DNA from: Hemiscyllium ocellatum
Lineage: Eukaryota
Assembly (NCBI RefSeq): GCF_020745735.1
Contig: NC_083447.1
Coordinates: 21,780,755 to 21,844,754, forward strand
DNA length: 64,000 bases
Direction of reading: 5' to 3'
Shown here: piece after piece, positions 1 to 9,940 of the stretch
How the letters are laid out: each line of letters starts with the position of its first letter
Numbering within the stretch: the stretch's first letter is position 1
The notes under the pieces: generated by a model
Told to the model about the DNA's origin: nothing
Databases searched by the model: none
Seen by the model: only the letters and a program-made list of their open reading frames with translations
Position numbers and translations under genes: made by a program

Positions 1-242
1 CAAAGCGCAAACCACCCATATCCCTACATTTACCCCTTACCTAACACTACGGGCAATTTATCATGGCCAAGTCACCTGAACTGCACATCTTTGGACTGTG
101 GGAGGAAACTGTGGGAGCAAACCCACGCAGACATGGGGAGAACATGCAAACTCCACACAGTCAGTCGCCTAAGGCGGCAATTGAACCCGGGTCTCTGGCG
201 CTGTGAGGCAGCAGTGCTAACTACTGTGCCACCGTGCCGCCC
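1..242 (-). mobile_element. HE1-type tRNA-derived SINE (cut by window edge)
   Basis: Reverse complement of the GGGCGGCACGGTGGCACAGTAGTTAGCACTGCTGCCTCACAG head and body shared with at least 8 other copies in the window. Confidence 0.9.
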
Positions 243-566
243 ACTAATTTCCTGCTGCTAGAATTTTACTGAATTTGCCTTTGCCAAGGGTGTGTCGATG
301 GGATGTTACTATTTTGGAACAGTTCATTAGTAATAGTTAATATACATTGATTTGTTCAGCATTTCGATAAAGTTACAGCTGAACGAATTTTTAAAAACTT
401 TTTTATTTTGTCTGTACTTTAACTGTTACAATATTGTGTGTTTTGCTTAAAATGGAATCGTTTGACCAATCAAATTGCATTGGAAAGTAACGCCTTATCT
501 TAAATGTAAGGACAGGTTGTTGTCTAGACTAGCTTCTTCATATACTTTGATCTTGTCCATCACAGG
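243..566. mobile_element. Partial LTR-like repeat, homologous to 5555-6140
   Basis: Shares blocks (CCTGCTGCTAGA, AATTTGCCTTTG, TGTTACTAT..TGGAACAGT, TTTGTTCAGCATTTC, GTGTGTTTTGCTT, GTCCAT..CA end) with 5820-6140. Confidence 0.5.
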
Positions 567-800
567 AGGATCTCATAGAAATCCACAAAATAGCAACAGG
601 ATTTGGGACGGCTAAACGGAGGAAGCACGTTTCCGATGACCAGGGAGTCCAGAACCAGGGGTCACAGTTAATGATACACGGTCGACCTCTTACGACTGAG
701 AACGAAGGGAAATTTATTCACCAGAACAAAATGAGCAGATAGACTTCTCTGAGACCAAAACAAAAGCATGTTTTTAGGAAGGAGGTAGATACAGAAAAAT
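567..800 (+). mobile_element. CR1 LINE 3' RT fragment (decayed)
   Basis: GGAGGATCTCATAGAAAT...TCCAGAACCAGGGGGTCACAG matches the RGDLIE..SRTRGH region of the intact CR1 ORFs elsewhere in the window. Confidence 0.65.
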
Positions 801-1003
801 GTTCGTAAACGTCGTTCAGTTCTTTTCGAGAGTTATCATCCCTCCGCTCTGGTATCATTGCAGTGAAATCATTGTTTTTAAAATCTCCGGCAGTACATTT
901 GTCTTGTCGTTCTAAATGGGGAGGGAGGAGAGATGGTGCTTCGGGCTGTCCTCAACAGGACGAATAAGTGATGTCGTTGACAGCTGCTTCCTGCTGCCTT
1001 TGA

Positions 1004-1034
1004 GGTTTTTGTTGAGCTGCTCCACCTCTCTGTG
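1004..1034 (-). other. Aberrant recombination signal sequence of V1: CACAGAG - 15-bp spacer - ACAAAAACC
   Basis: Consensus nonamer at 1004-1012, heptamer with one mismatch at 1028-1034, spacer 1013-1027 of 15 bp (neither 12 nor 23). Confidence 0.9.
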
Positions 1035-1330
1035 AATACACCAGGCACAGTAATAAACAGCCGAATGATGCGCCTGCAGGTTGCGAGACTCCAGGTTAAA
1101 GTCAGAGCCACTCGGCCGTGTGGCGGTGAAACCGTCCGCCACTCCTTCTTCATTCACATTTCCTGCAGCTGCAGAATAAAACATCAACTGCAGCTCCTTT
1201 CCCGGGTATTGTCTGTACCAGAACATGTCACCGGTACTCTCACCCTTCACCGTGCACCTCAAGTCCACTGCCTTGCCGAGGGACCTGGAGACGCTGCTGG
1301 GAGTCTGAACGACTCTCGCTGTCTTCACGT
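1035..1330 (-). CDS. TRBV: TCR beta V exon (V1); open frame, RSS defective (IMGT 'ORF'-type segment)
   Basis: Acceptor CCCTTTCTTAG. Translation (Y)VKTARVVQTPSS...LRC...MFWYRQYPGKELQLMFYS...FTATRPS..F.L.S.NLQ..SAVYYCAWCI has the conserved Cys, Trp and YYC of a V domain and the CAW end typical of TRBV30-like genes. Confidence 0.85.
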
Positions 1331-1433
1331 CTAAGAAAGGGAAAAGGTCAATAAACAGAGCAATTGTTACCCAGAAGGAGAAAGGAATAGAGTGTAAGTG
1401 TTCCCTCAAATTATTAGATGAACAATCATTTAC

Positions 1434-1470
1434 ATTGCAGTAACGTCATGAGGCTCAGTAAGAGATACAT
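1434..1470 (-). CDS. TRBV: Leader exon of V1 (MYLLLSLMTLLQ, phase 1)
   Basis: ATG at 1470, hydrophobic peptide, GTAAAT donor, 103-bp intron. The phase joins the V exon in frame, and the 37-bp length equals the V2 leader. Confidence 0.85.
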
Positions 1471-1590
1471 CTTTTTTACGTTAATCTTTTCCTGTATGAA
1501 CGCGAACAGAATCCAATCTTGTCTGGAACTGGAACCAGTTACTTTCAAATCAATGAGAGAAATGTGACGGATTCAGGAAATGACTTGGGT

Positions 1591-1621
1591 GTGCACACGC
1601 CCCTCCCCTCTGATGGAAAGC
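1591..1621 (-). promoter_or_regulatory. Candidate V promoter module shared with V2
   Basis: Plus-strand GTGCAC-ACG-CCCCTCC-CC-TCTGAT-GGAAAGC versus GTGCAC-CT-CCCCTCC-G-TCTGAT-TGAGAGC upstream of V2. Confidence 0.4.
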
Positions 1622-2597
1622 TCCATGTCTGTCTCTCTCTGTTTCTTGTTGCAAGAGGAACAGTGGTGAACATGAGGTTTCCAAAGGGAAGCGACAGTGG
1701 GGAAAACACTGGCAGGTACAGCTCAAGGTGAGATTTTGTTGCTTTGTGGGATTCGTGAACACAGTTGCCTGATATTGGCAGTCGACAATTTCTAGCAATT
1801 GCTGATATTTTGTTGAATTTGTAAAGAAACAGCATTTTCATTAGATTAAAAACCATCCGACCGTGACAGATGAGAACACTTCTCCGACCGCGAAACCCTT
1901 CTCCAGAATGGAAGAGGCAGACCAGCAGTTTTGGATGGTGCCTGAAATTTTGATGATAGTCTTTGCTAATAAAAGATTTGTTGACCCTAGGGTCAATGTG
2001 GAGAACTCCTGGTCTTCTCCCAACTGTATGGGGTTTTGCTTCCCTGGACCCTTTCATTTTTCTCTGAGATTTCTTCGCTCATTGAACTTGTGGAATTCTC
2101 CCCTACTGAAGGCTGTGGAGACCTAGTCACAGACTATCCCTTTCTTGAATATATTCAATTTTTAATTCCAAAGACGTCAGCGGTTTGGGGGAGAAAGCAA
2201 GAACTTAGTATTGAAACAGACGTGATCATATTGAATGGCAGATTATGCTCGAAGATATGAATAACTTGCTCTTCCGATGTTAAAAGTCGAAACAATTACG
2301 ACTGAAGTTGAGAGATTAATTGACTTGTGCAAATAAAGGAGGATTTCTTTGCCTTCACTGAGAGTTCTTATTTTCCCTCAGTCAAGATGTCTGGCATTTA
2401 CTCTCTCCCAAAACACGGCCAGTTCAAGTCGGAGATTCCTATGTTTTAATAGGGTCAGTGTGTAAACGAATGGTTAGTGGAGGTGAGTAGATTGAATTTA
2501 TGCATCGATCCATTCTGGCCCATTTGATTGGCGGCGCAAGCTTGAGGGGCAATTTGGTCTCTGTACCTGTACCAGCCCCAGGTGTATTTCATGGTGC

Positions 2598-2618
2598 TAA
2601 AGTGCCCTCTAGTGCACC
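2598..2618 (-). promoter_or_regulatory. Candidate CTCF-binding element between the two V segments
   Basis: Minus-strand GGTGCACTAGAGGGCACTT matches the CTCF core CCACYAGRKGGCRS at all but the first C. Motif match only. Confidence 0.4.
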
Positions 2619-2989
2619 AATAGAAAAGTAATTCAAAGTCGTCATGAAGTCTGCACTGCTCTCTTCCGATTTCCATTAATTTCTCTTCAATTTTCTATCA
2701 ATTGCTTCTTTTCAGTGCATTGTTCCGAATTCATTGTGTTTCTGCGAATTCCACATTCTTACTATCTCGACAAAGAAAAATGCATTTCTCCTGACTTCAT
2801 GTTTAGATTTACTTTTAGAGACTGTCGTGACCTCGAGTTTAGAAGTTCCGCAGAGCCTAAATTATTGAACCCAGTTTTCAACAGCTTCCTGCTTTTCAAC
2901 AGATACGAACCTGCTCAAACTTCCATGATGGCTGAGAGCTTTACCTTTATTCAATTTCACATTCACCCTCAGCACTATCACACTACCAG

Positions 2990-3420
2990 AAAGGATGTAG
3001 AGACTTTGAGGGGTTGCAGAAAAGATCTACTAGAACGTTGCCTAGTTTGAAGGGTTTTATAGCGTCGGAGGATGCAGGGCGATCTGATAGAAGTTTATAA
3101 TACAATGAACAGTCGAAGTCTTTTTCCTCAAGGTAGAAATGTTATTTACTTGGGGACATAAGTTTAAGGCAAAAGGAGCAACTTTAAAGGAAATGTGAGA
3201 AGTTTTTTTTTATAAAAAAGCTCAGGCTGGAAGTGTTGGAATGCGCTAGTACAGGAGGTGCTGGAGGCGAATGCAACGGCAACTGTTAAGAGCCATTGTG
3301 ACGCAGGCATGAATAGGCAGAGAACGAGAGATACAGACCGCGTAGAAGTTTCTAGTTTAGAAAGGCGTCGTGTGTTAGGACAGAGTTGAAGGATCTGTTC
3401 CTGTGCTCTGTTTTCTTCTA
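2990..3420 (+). mobile_element. CR1 LINE 3' end (decayed)
   Basis: GATGTAGAGACTTTGAGGGG..GCAGAAAAGAT, GGCGATCTGATAGAAGTTTAT and a 3' UTR ending CTGTTCCTGTGCTCTGT. Confidence 0.7.
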
Positions 3421-3542
3421 ACAATATCTCTACAGGTCATTACTTTCTATCCCCTCCATTGTTGCCCATTTTATAAAAACAGGAAAAAAAATGCAAACCC
3501 GTCAGGTTTTGACGATAACAGTTGCTTCCTGTTACCGTTTGG

Positions 3543-3581
3543 GGTTTTTGTTGAGCGGCTCGCTCTCGCTGAATCACTGTG
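3543..3581 (-). other. Canonical 23-RSS of V2: CACAGTG - 23 bp - ACAAAAACC
   Basis: Perfect heptamer at 3575-3581, perfect nonamer at 3543-3551, spacer 3552-3574 of 23 bp. Confidence 0.97.
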
Positions 3582-3883
3582 AAGACTCCAGGCGCAGTAA
3601 TACACGGCTGATTGATTCGCTTGGAGGTTGGAGGATTTCAGGCTGAACTTGGTGTTACTCGGTCTGTCAGCGGTGAAACCGTCCACCGGCTCCTGTGGAT
3701 TCACGTACTGTGCTGTATTGGAGTAAAACATCAGCTGTAGCTCTTTTCCTGGGGACTGTTTGTACCAGTACAAGTAGAGAGTACTACTGCTGCTGCCCTC
3801 CACATTGCACTCCAGTTTCACTCCCTCTCCGGGAAATTTGGAGACGGCGGCGGGGTTCTGGTGGATAGTCTGTGATTTCACAT
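3582..3883 (-). CDS. TRBV: TCR beta V exon (V2), TRBV30-like, apparently functional
   Basis: Acceptor CTTTTCCTCAG. (Y)VKSQTIHQNPAAVSKFPGEGVKLECNVEGSSSSTLYLYWYKQSPGKELQLMFYS...DRPSNTKFSLKSSNLQANQSAVYYCAWS aligns motif by motif with recalled human TRBV30 (SQTIHQWPA..LECTVEG..LYWY..LQLLFYS..RP..YLCAWS). Confidence 0.92.
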
Positions 3884-4070
3884 CTGAGGAAAAGACGGGG
3901 AGAGGAAGAGGTCAGTAATTGGGGATAGAGTCGTGGAGAAAGAAAAAGAGATACGTAACGAGAGTGGAAAAGAAAGGAATACAGAGACGTAGAATGAGAG
4001 CAGGATTGTAGGATAGCCAGTTGAAAGAAATTTACAGGTTGAAGTACGATTGCAAATTAGAGTCCCTTAC

Positions 4071-4107
4071 AGTGAAACGCGATGAACAGAGCGAGCAACA
4101 GATACAT
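4071..4107 (-). CDS. TRBV: Leader exon of V2 (MYLLLALFIAFH, phase 1)
   Basis: ATG at 4107 preceded by an in-frame TAA, hydrophobic peptide, GTAAGG donor, 187-bp intron, in-frame join to the V exon. Confidence 0.9.
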
Positions 4108-4146
4108 CTTCCACTTTTAGTTTCCCTTTTTTGAGCAATCTTTATC

Positions 4147-4265
4147 ATTGGTGAGACGGCATTGGAAATACAGTGCACCTCCCCTCCGTCTGATTGAGAG
4201 CCTCGCCCTTCCCTTTTGCCCACGCACCATACCAGTGCCCTCCCAGCCCCACCCTCCCTGATTGG
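4147..4265 (-). promoter_or_regulatory. V2 promoter region: three CCAAT boxes plus shared module (4173-4201)
   Basis: Plus-strand ATTGG at 4147, 4161 and 4261, and the GTGCAC/CCCCTCC/TCTGAT module also found upstream of V1. Confidence 0.4.
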
Positions 4266-4329
4266 ATGATAGGGAGCTGCCGGCAGTATGAAGTTGCCAA
4301 GACACCTTGAGGGATTGTGGAGCGATAAT

Positions 4330-6950
4330 ACTGTGGAAGCGCCAGGCTCAAAATCACTGGAACCATAACCAAAGGCTGTATGGATCGAGCTCAGGAATAG
4401 GAAGGATGCAATCACTTGAACGGGATTCAACTCTCAATAGAAGAACAGATATGTGGACAGATTATTGAAAAAATTGTGACGACAGGATTGATTTGGTGGG
4501 TGATTTTAACTTTTCCCATATTGACTGGGATTCGCCTAGTGTCAGGTGTTTGGATGGGGGAGAATAGGTTAGGTGTATCCAGGACAGGTTTTTGAAAAAA
4601 TATATCAATAGTCCAACTAGGCAAGGGCCATGCAAGACCTGGTATTGGAGAGTGAGACCAGTCACATGATGGAAATTTCAGTGGAGGAGCATTTTGGGAA
4701 CAGTAACCCTCATCTGTAAATTTTAAGTGGATAAGGATAAGAATAGTTCTTGGGTGAAGAAAGTATTAAATTGGTGAAAGACTAATTACTATAATATTAG
4801 ACAGGAACTGTATATTTTAAGGTAAATCCAGCAAGTGGGAATCTTTTAAAGTCCAGTTGAATAGAGTTCAGGACCAGCAGGTTCTGATGGATGATGAGAC
4901 TGGGAACCTTGGACATAAAAGAAGTTGTCAGATGAATCAAAGAATCCATTACAAATACAAAGGGAACAGGAAAGAACTCAAGGAATTAGGGAAGATGAAA
5001 GGGGCCATAAAACATCTTTGGCAAACAAGATAAAGGGAAAATCCCGAGACATTTCGTACATGGGGAGCAAGACAATAGCTAGGGTACACTCAAGGACAGA
5101 GGAGATAACTTATGGATGGAGTCAGAAAAAGTGGTTAAGGTCTTTGCTGAGTGCTTTGCACTGGTATTCACAAAGGAGGAGGACATGATTTTTGGTGAAT
5201 CTCAGGAGAGTTATGTTGATCTTTGAGGGCATGTCAATAAGAAAAAGGAGGAGGTTTTGAGTGTTCTAAAATGCATGAAGTAAACATATTCTCAGGACCT
5301 GATGGATTCTATCTGAAAATGTTGAAGGAGGCAGGTGAGGAAATTGCTGGGGCCTTGTATGAAATCTTTGTATCCTCATTAGTCACAGCAGAGATCCCAG
5401 GGGACTAGAGAATAGCCAGTATAACATTCCTTTATTTAAGAAGGGCAACAGGGGTAATCCAAAAACTGACAGCCCGTTGATCAGTGGTAGGGAAAAAAAA
5501 TGGAGAAAATTCTTAGGGATAGATTAACTCACATTTGGAAAATATGGATCCTGATGTATTTTGTCCAGGTTTTTTTTATGAAGGAAGGTTGAGACAGAGG
5601 TGGCAAGTAGTCTGCTCAAAGCCAATGAAATAAACAGCTTGTAAGACCTTGGGGTTTTACTTTCAAGTTGGAACAATCAAAGCAGCTTGAATGTGTAGGG
5701 CCAAGATCCCACAGAACCAGGATTTTTAGTTTAGCTTTTAGTACCTGTTGCAGGGATCTTGAAGCTGGATGTGGAAGCTCTTGTTCCTCTCTCTAGTGCA
5801 GCTAAAAGCTGGGGTTGTCATCCTGCTGCTAGATATACTTGTGAGACAATTGATATTACTTAATTTGCCTTTGCAAGGTGGGTTTATGGTGTGTTACTAT
5901 ATTGGAACAGTTAATGAGTAGTTCATTATTTTGTTCAGCATTTCAATGCTTACAGTTAAACCAATTCCTTTCTTTTATTTTAGTCTGTCTGTACTTTAAT
6001 TGTAATCTGAGTAAAGTGTGTTTTGCTTCAGACCTGCAGTTTTGATCAATTGAATTTTACCCCTTGTTTTTAAAATAAAAAAGTTAGAGTCTCAGCTATC
6101 TCCTTGACATGTTTTGAGGTGGTTTACTCTGGTCCATAGCAATAGGCAGCATGGATTTGTGTAGGGAAGGTTGTATCTCACAAACTTGATTGAGTTTTTT
6201 TTGAAGAAGTGACAAAGATGTTTGAGGGCAGGGCTGTAGATGGTTTCTATATGGGGCATAGCAAGGTCTTTGATAAGTTGGTTGGCTGATACAAAAGGGT
6301 CACATGTGATCTGCAGTTAGTTAGTTTGAAGGATACAGAACTGGCTTAGTCATAGAAGGCAGACAGTAACAATGGAAGGCTGTGTATCTGGCTTGAGATT
6401 TGTGACCAGTGATGTTCCATAGGAATCAGTGCAGAGAACCCTGTTGTTTGTAATATATACATAAATGATATGGAGGAAGATGTAGGTTGCCTGATTTCTG
6501 AATTTATGGATTACACAAGGATTGAGGGAGCTGCAGATAGTGAGAAGGACTGCTGGGGGATACAGCAGGATATAGATAAGCTAGAGACATGGGTAGTGAA
6601 ATGTCAGGTGGAGCTTAATCTGGAAAATGCAAGGTGATAGTATTTTGGAAGATCTAATGCAGGAGGAAAGTATACAGGAAATGGCAGAAATCTGAGTAGC
6701 ATCAACATACAAAGGGATTTAGGCTTACAGGGCCACAGTTCCCTGAAAGTGGCAACACAAGTGGATAAGGTGGTCAAGAAGCATATGGCATGTTTGCCTT
6801 CGTCAATTCAGGCACAAACTATAAAAATTGGCAAATCATTGCTGCTGTATAGAACTTTAGTTTGGCCACATTTCAAGCATTGTGTACAGTTACAGCCACC
6901 ACAACACTAGCAGGATGTGGAGGCTTTTGAGAGGGTACAGTAACAGTTTA
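4330..6950 (+). mobile_element. Decayed CR1 LINE ORF2 (endonuclease to RT), interrupted by an LTR-like insert
   Basis: Recognisable WIELRN, GDFNFP.IDW, GPDG, KGNRGNP, FDK, DDTRI and HYRKDV equivalents with many stops and frameshifts. Confidence 0.75.
5555..6140. mobile_element. Probable solo LTR nested in CR1
   Basis: About 590-bp non-CR1 insert starting TGTATT and ending ATAGCA, with CR1 sequence resuming on both sides and a second copy at 243-566. No clear TSD. Confidence 0.45.
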
Positions 6951-6954
6951 CATA

Positions 6955-7310
6955 GATATAGAACACAGAACAATACAGTGCAGAACAGGCCCTTCAGCCC
7001 TCAATGTTGCACCAACCTGTGAACTATTCTCAGCTCGTCCCCCAACACCATCCCAAAATCATCCATGTGCTTATCTAAGGATTGTTTAAATCTCCCTAAT
7101 GTGGCGGAGTTGACTACATTAGCAGGTAGGGCATTCCACGCCCTTACCACTCTCTGTGTAAAGAACCTGCCTCTGACATCTGTCTTAAATCTATCACCCT
7201 TCAATTTGTAATTATGCCCCCTCGTACATGCTGACATCATCATCCTAGGAAAAAACTTTCACTGTCTATCCTATCTAATCCTCTGATCTTCTTGTATGTC
7301 TCTATCAATT
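6955..7310 (-). mobile_element. CR1 (HER1-type) 3' end, younger insertion
   Basis: ORF 7001-7243 ([26 protein letters not shown]) and an ATAGAAC-type tail. Confidence 0.85.
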
Positions 7311-7314
7311 CAGT

Positions 7315-7680
7315 ATGTAGCCTCGATTGGAGGGTACTAACAATGAGGAGATTTTGGATAAAGTTAATTTGTTTTCACTTGAACCTCGAAAGATGAGGTG
7401 CAACCTAAAAAATGTTTACAAAATTGAGAGATGTGGATAGTTGGCGTGTTTTTCCCAGGGTAGACACATCAATTATGAGAAAATGTAAGTTTTTAAAAAG
7501 ATGTGAGAGGCAATCTTTTGTATAGAGGGTGGTAAATACCTGTAATGCGCTGCCAGGGTTGGTGGTTCCAGCAGATGCAGTAATCACATTTAAGAGGTAC
7601 TTTGCCAGATATACCAATAGGTAGGGGCTGGAGGGGTATGGACCATGTAGAAGCAAAGACCATGTTGAAGCTTGTTATGG
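7315..7680 (+). mobile_element. CR1 3' fragment (decayed)
   Basis: Continuation of the 4330-6950 copy through the RT C-terminus and 3' UTR. Confidence 0.6.
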
Positions 7681-8959
7681 AAGAATATAAACATACTTTA
7701 CACAAACGCAAGATACAAATGGTAAAGAACTTTTTTTATTGAAGCTTGTTATACAAAACGTGTTTTAACAAAACTCGAAAAAATATTGACAAACTGTAAC
7801 TTGTGGAATGACAGAGAGATCAGTGCTGAAGTCTTAAGTATTTAAAATTTTATTAAAGATTTTGTTGAAGGCCCAATTGTTGAAGTCATAATACAACAGT
7901 AGGAAAGCATGCCATGAGGAAGGACACAAACAGTCTGCAAATAGATAAAATGGAGGTGAAGTGGGTGAGGAAACATTTTGAAAGATAGACTGTGATGTGG
8001 GAAAATGTAAAGTCTTGGATTTTTTCAAGATGAATAGTGTAGGAGTGAGCTGACCAGGACTAAATTTCAGAAGGCAACAGAGTTCAGACACATACCTGTT
8101 TATTCAAGCAATTACTGGTAATATGCAAGGAGAGGCACTCGAAAACTCCACATCGGGCTGTGTCAAATGCACTCTACCCTAGTGCAAGCAGATTTTTAGT
8201 TTTGTATATTTTCCTTGTCTCTCTCTGGAAACACTCTGCACATCCACTCCCTCTGTATACAATTGGTCAGTAGTGCTGGGATGTCCAAGTGCGGATCATT
8301 CTACATCAGCAATTTGCTTGCTGCTGTGTGTTTACCTGCCAATTAATTAGATCACGAACTTTTAAATTTCTTATTGCAGGGAATATAAAGGAATATTGAT
8401 TTTTGATCAGTTTCAACATACTAATTTTGTGACATCTAATTTTAGATTTCTTTAAGTTCACAAGTTGTGTCTCAATGTGTTCATTCAATCCACATTCCAG
8501 TGTATGATCATCTGTCTTCCCTGTATTGATAAAGGGGCAGTGGAGCTTCTTTTGCCTGAAACTTGTTTGCATCTCTTTCTTTAATGCTTTTAGTGACCTT
8601 TTTGTGTATATGGGGATCCATAACTACTTCGGAATCCACATCTATGATAATAACAAGAATCTTAACTATAACATGCTCTTAATATTGTATCAGATTTATG
8701 AAATAATTCAAGAGAAACAACTAATTAATGTGAAATGTCATTATTATGTACGCCAATGCAGCTGCAATTCTATCCCAGCTAGTGGCCTTGATTATACAGT
8801 TCTGCTATTGTTCCACTTGTGAAGACTACATTAAGAAAATACTTCCAAAGCTCCCTAATTACTGTCAGCCATATTCTGCAGAGCTAGAGCTGTCAGCCAT
8901 TTTGTGCTGCTCAGTTATGGACTGCCCTAACAAATAGAAGATCAGAATAGGATTAGGGA

Positions 8960-9590
8960 GACTGAAAAATGCTGCAATACAAAAGGTTCTGGGTCTCCTC
9001 ATGCATGAACACGATCACAAATATAAGTTTGCCTTGGGGGCGGGGAGCAAGTAATTAAGAGGGCAAATGGAATGTTGCCCTTTGTTATAAGTGAGGAAGG
9101 TTTGCTGCAGCTGTACAGGACATTAGTGAAACCACATCTAGAATATTGTGCTCAGTTTTCTTTCCTTTATTTAAGGAAGGATACACTTGCATTGGAGGGA
9201 ATTTAGTGAAAGTCCACTGGGTTAATTCCTGGGATGGCAGAGCTGCCTTGTGAGGAAAGCTTAGTAGGTTGGGCCTATAATTACTAGAGATGCAAAGAAT
9301 GAGAGGTGATCATGTTGAAATGTATAAGACTCGATAGGGACTTGAGAGGATGGATAACTAGAACAAAATGTTTTCCCTTATGTCAAGGAGTCTAGAACTG
9401 GGAGACAGCTTGAAGACAAAGCAGATCTCATTGAGATAAGGAGTTGTTCTAGTCTCTCAAGCATTAAACTTTGGAATTCACTTCCCCTGGGAGCAGTGAT
9501 ATCTATCTTGTTGAATAGATTTGAGGCTAAGTTGGATATTGGATTCACAAGGGACCATGAGGGCAGAGAGGAAATTGAAATTAAGGCCTG
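8960..9590 (+). mobile_element. CR1 3' fragment (decayed)
   Basis: [16 protein letters not shown] and RGDHVEMYK equivalents. Confidence 0.7.
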
Positions 9591-9940
9591 ACTGACAGCA
9601 AAAAGAACCTCTCGTAAATGCTAATGATTCATAGTGGAATGCCAAAAAACTACTGCAAGCCAGTTCACCCCTTTCATTCCATTGCCAAGGGAAAGCAAAG
9701 CAGCTTTTGCAAACTGTTTCAGGATTTAAGCATTTAGCATCGAAACATAATGATTAGGAGTAGGAGTATGCCGTTCAGAACTTTGAATCTGCCTTGCTAT
9801 TCAATATCCTCATGGCTGATCCTTTCTCTTACTGCCCTATTCCCGGTTTCTCTCCAGAACACTGATGTCATTAGAATAAAAAAACTCTTTCTTGAATATA
9901 TTCAACTGACTGTTCTCCACAACATTCTGAGGAGAACATT

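Noticed and set aside
1331-1409. N-terminal part of ORF 912-1409 as a V1 leader
   Set aside because: It is intron sequence with a polypyrimidine tract; a spliced 37-bp leader matching V2 exists at 1434-1470.
1471-1800. Mammalian V-beta decamer/CRE promoter element
   Set aside because: Only partial matches (TGTGACGG); no AGTGA(C/T)(A/G)TCA upstream of either V.
1545-2057. Possible third, degenerate V segment (YHQN..PKLLV, GEGFRGR, NLTLSCT in overlapping ORFs)
   Set aside because: No conserved Trp, no YYC, no RSS or splice acceptor, and the motifs are in the wrong order across frames.
4032-4430. ORF with signal-peptide-like start (MNPVQVIASFLFLSS) as V2 leader
   Set aside because: Its start is the antisense of a CR1 endonuclease remnant. 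The true leader is 4071-4107 in another frame, with a proper donor.
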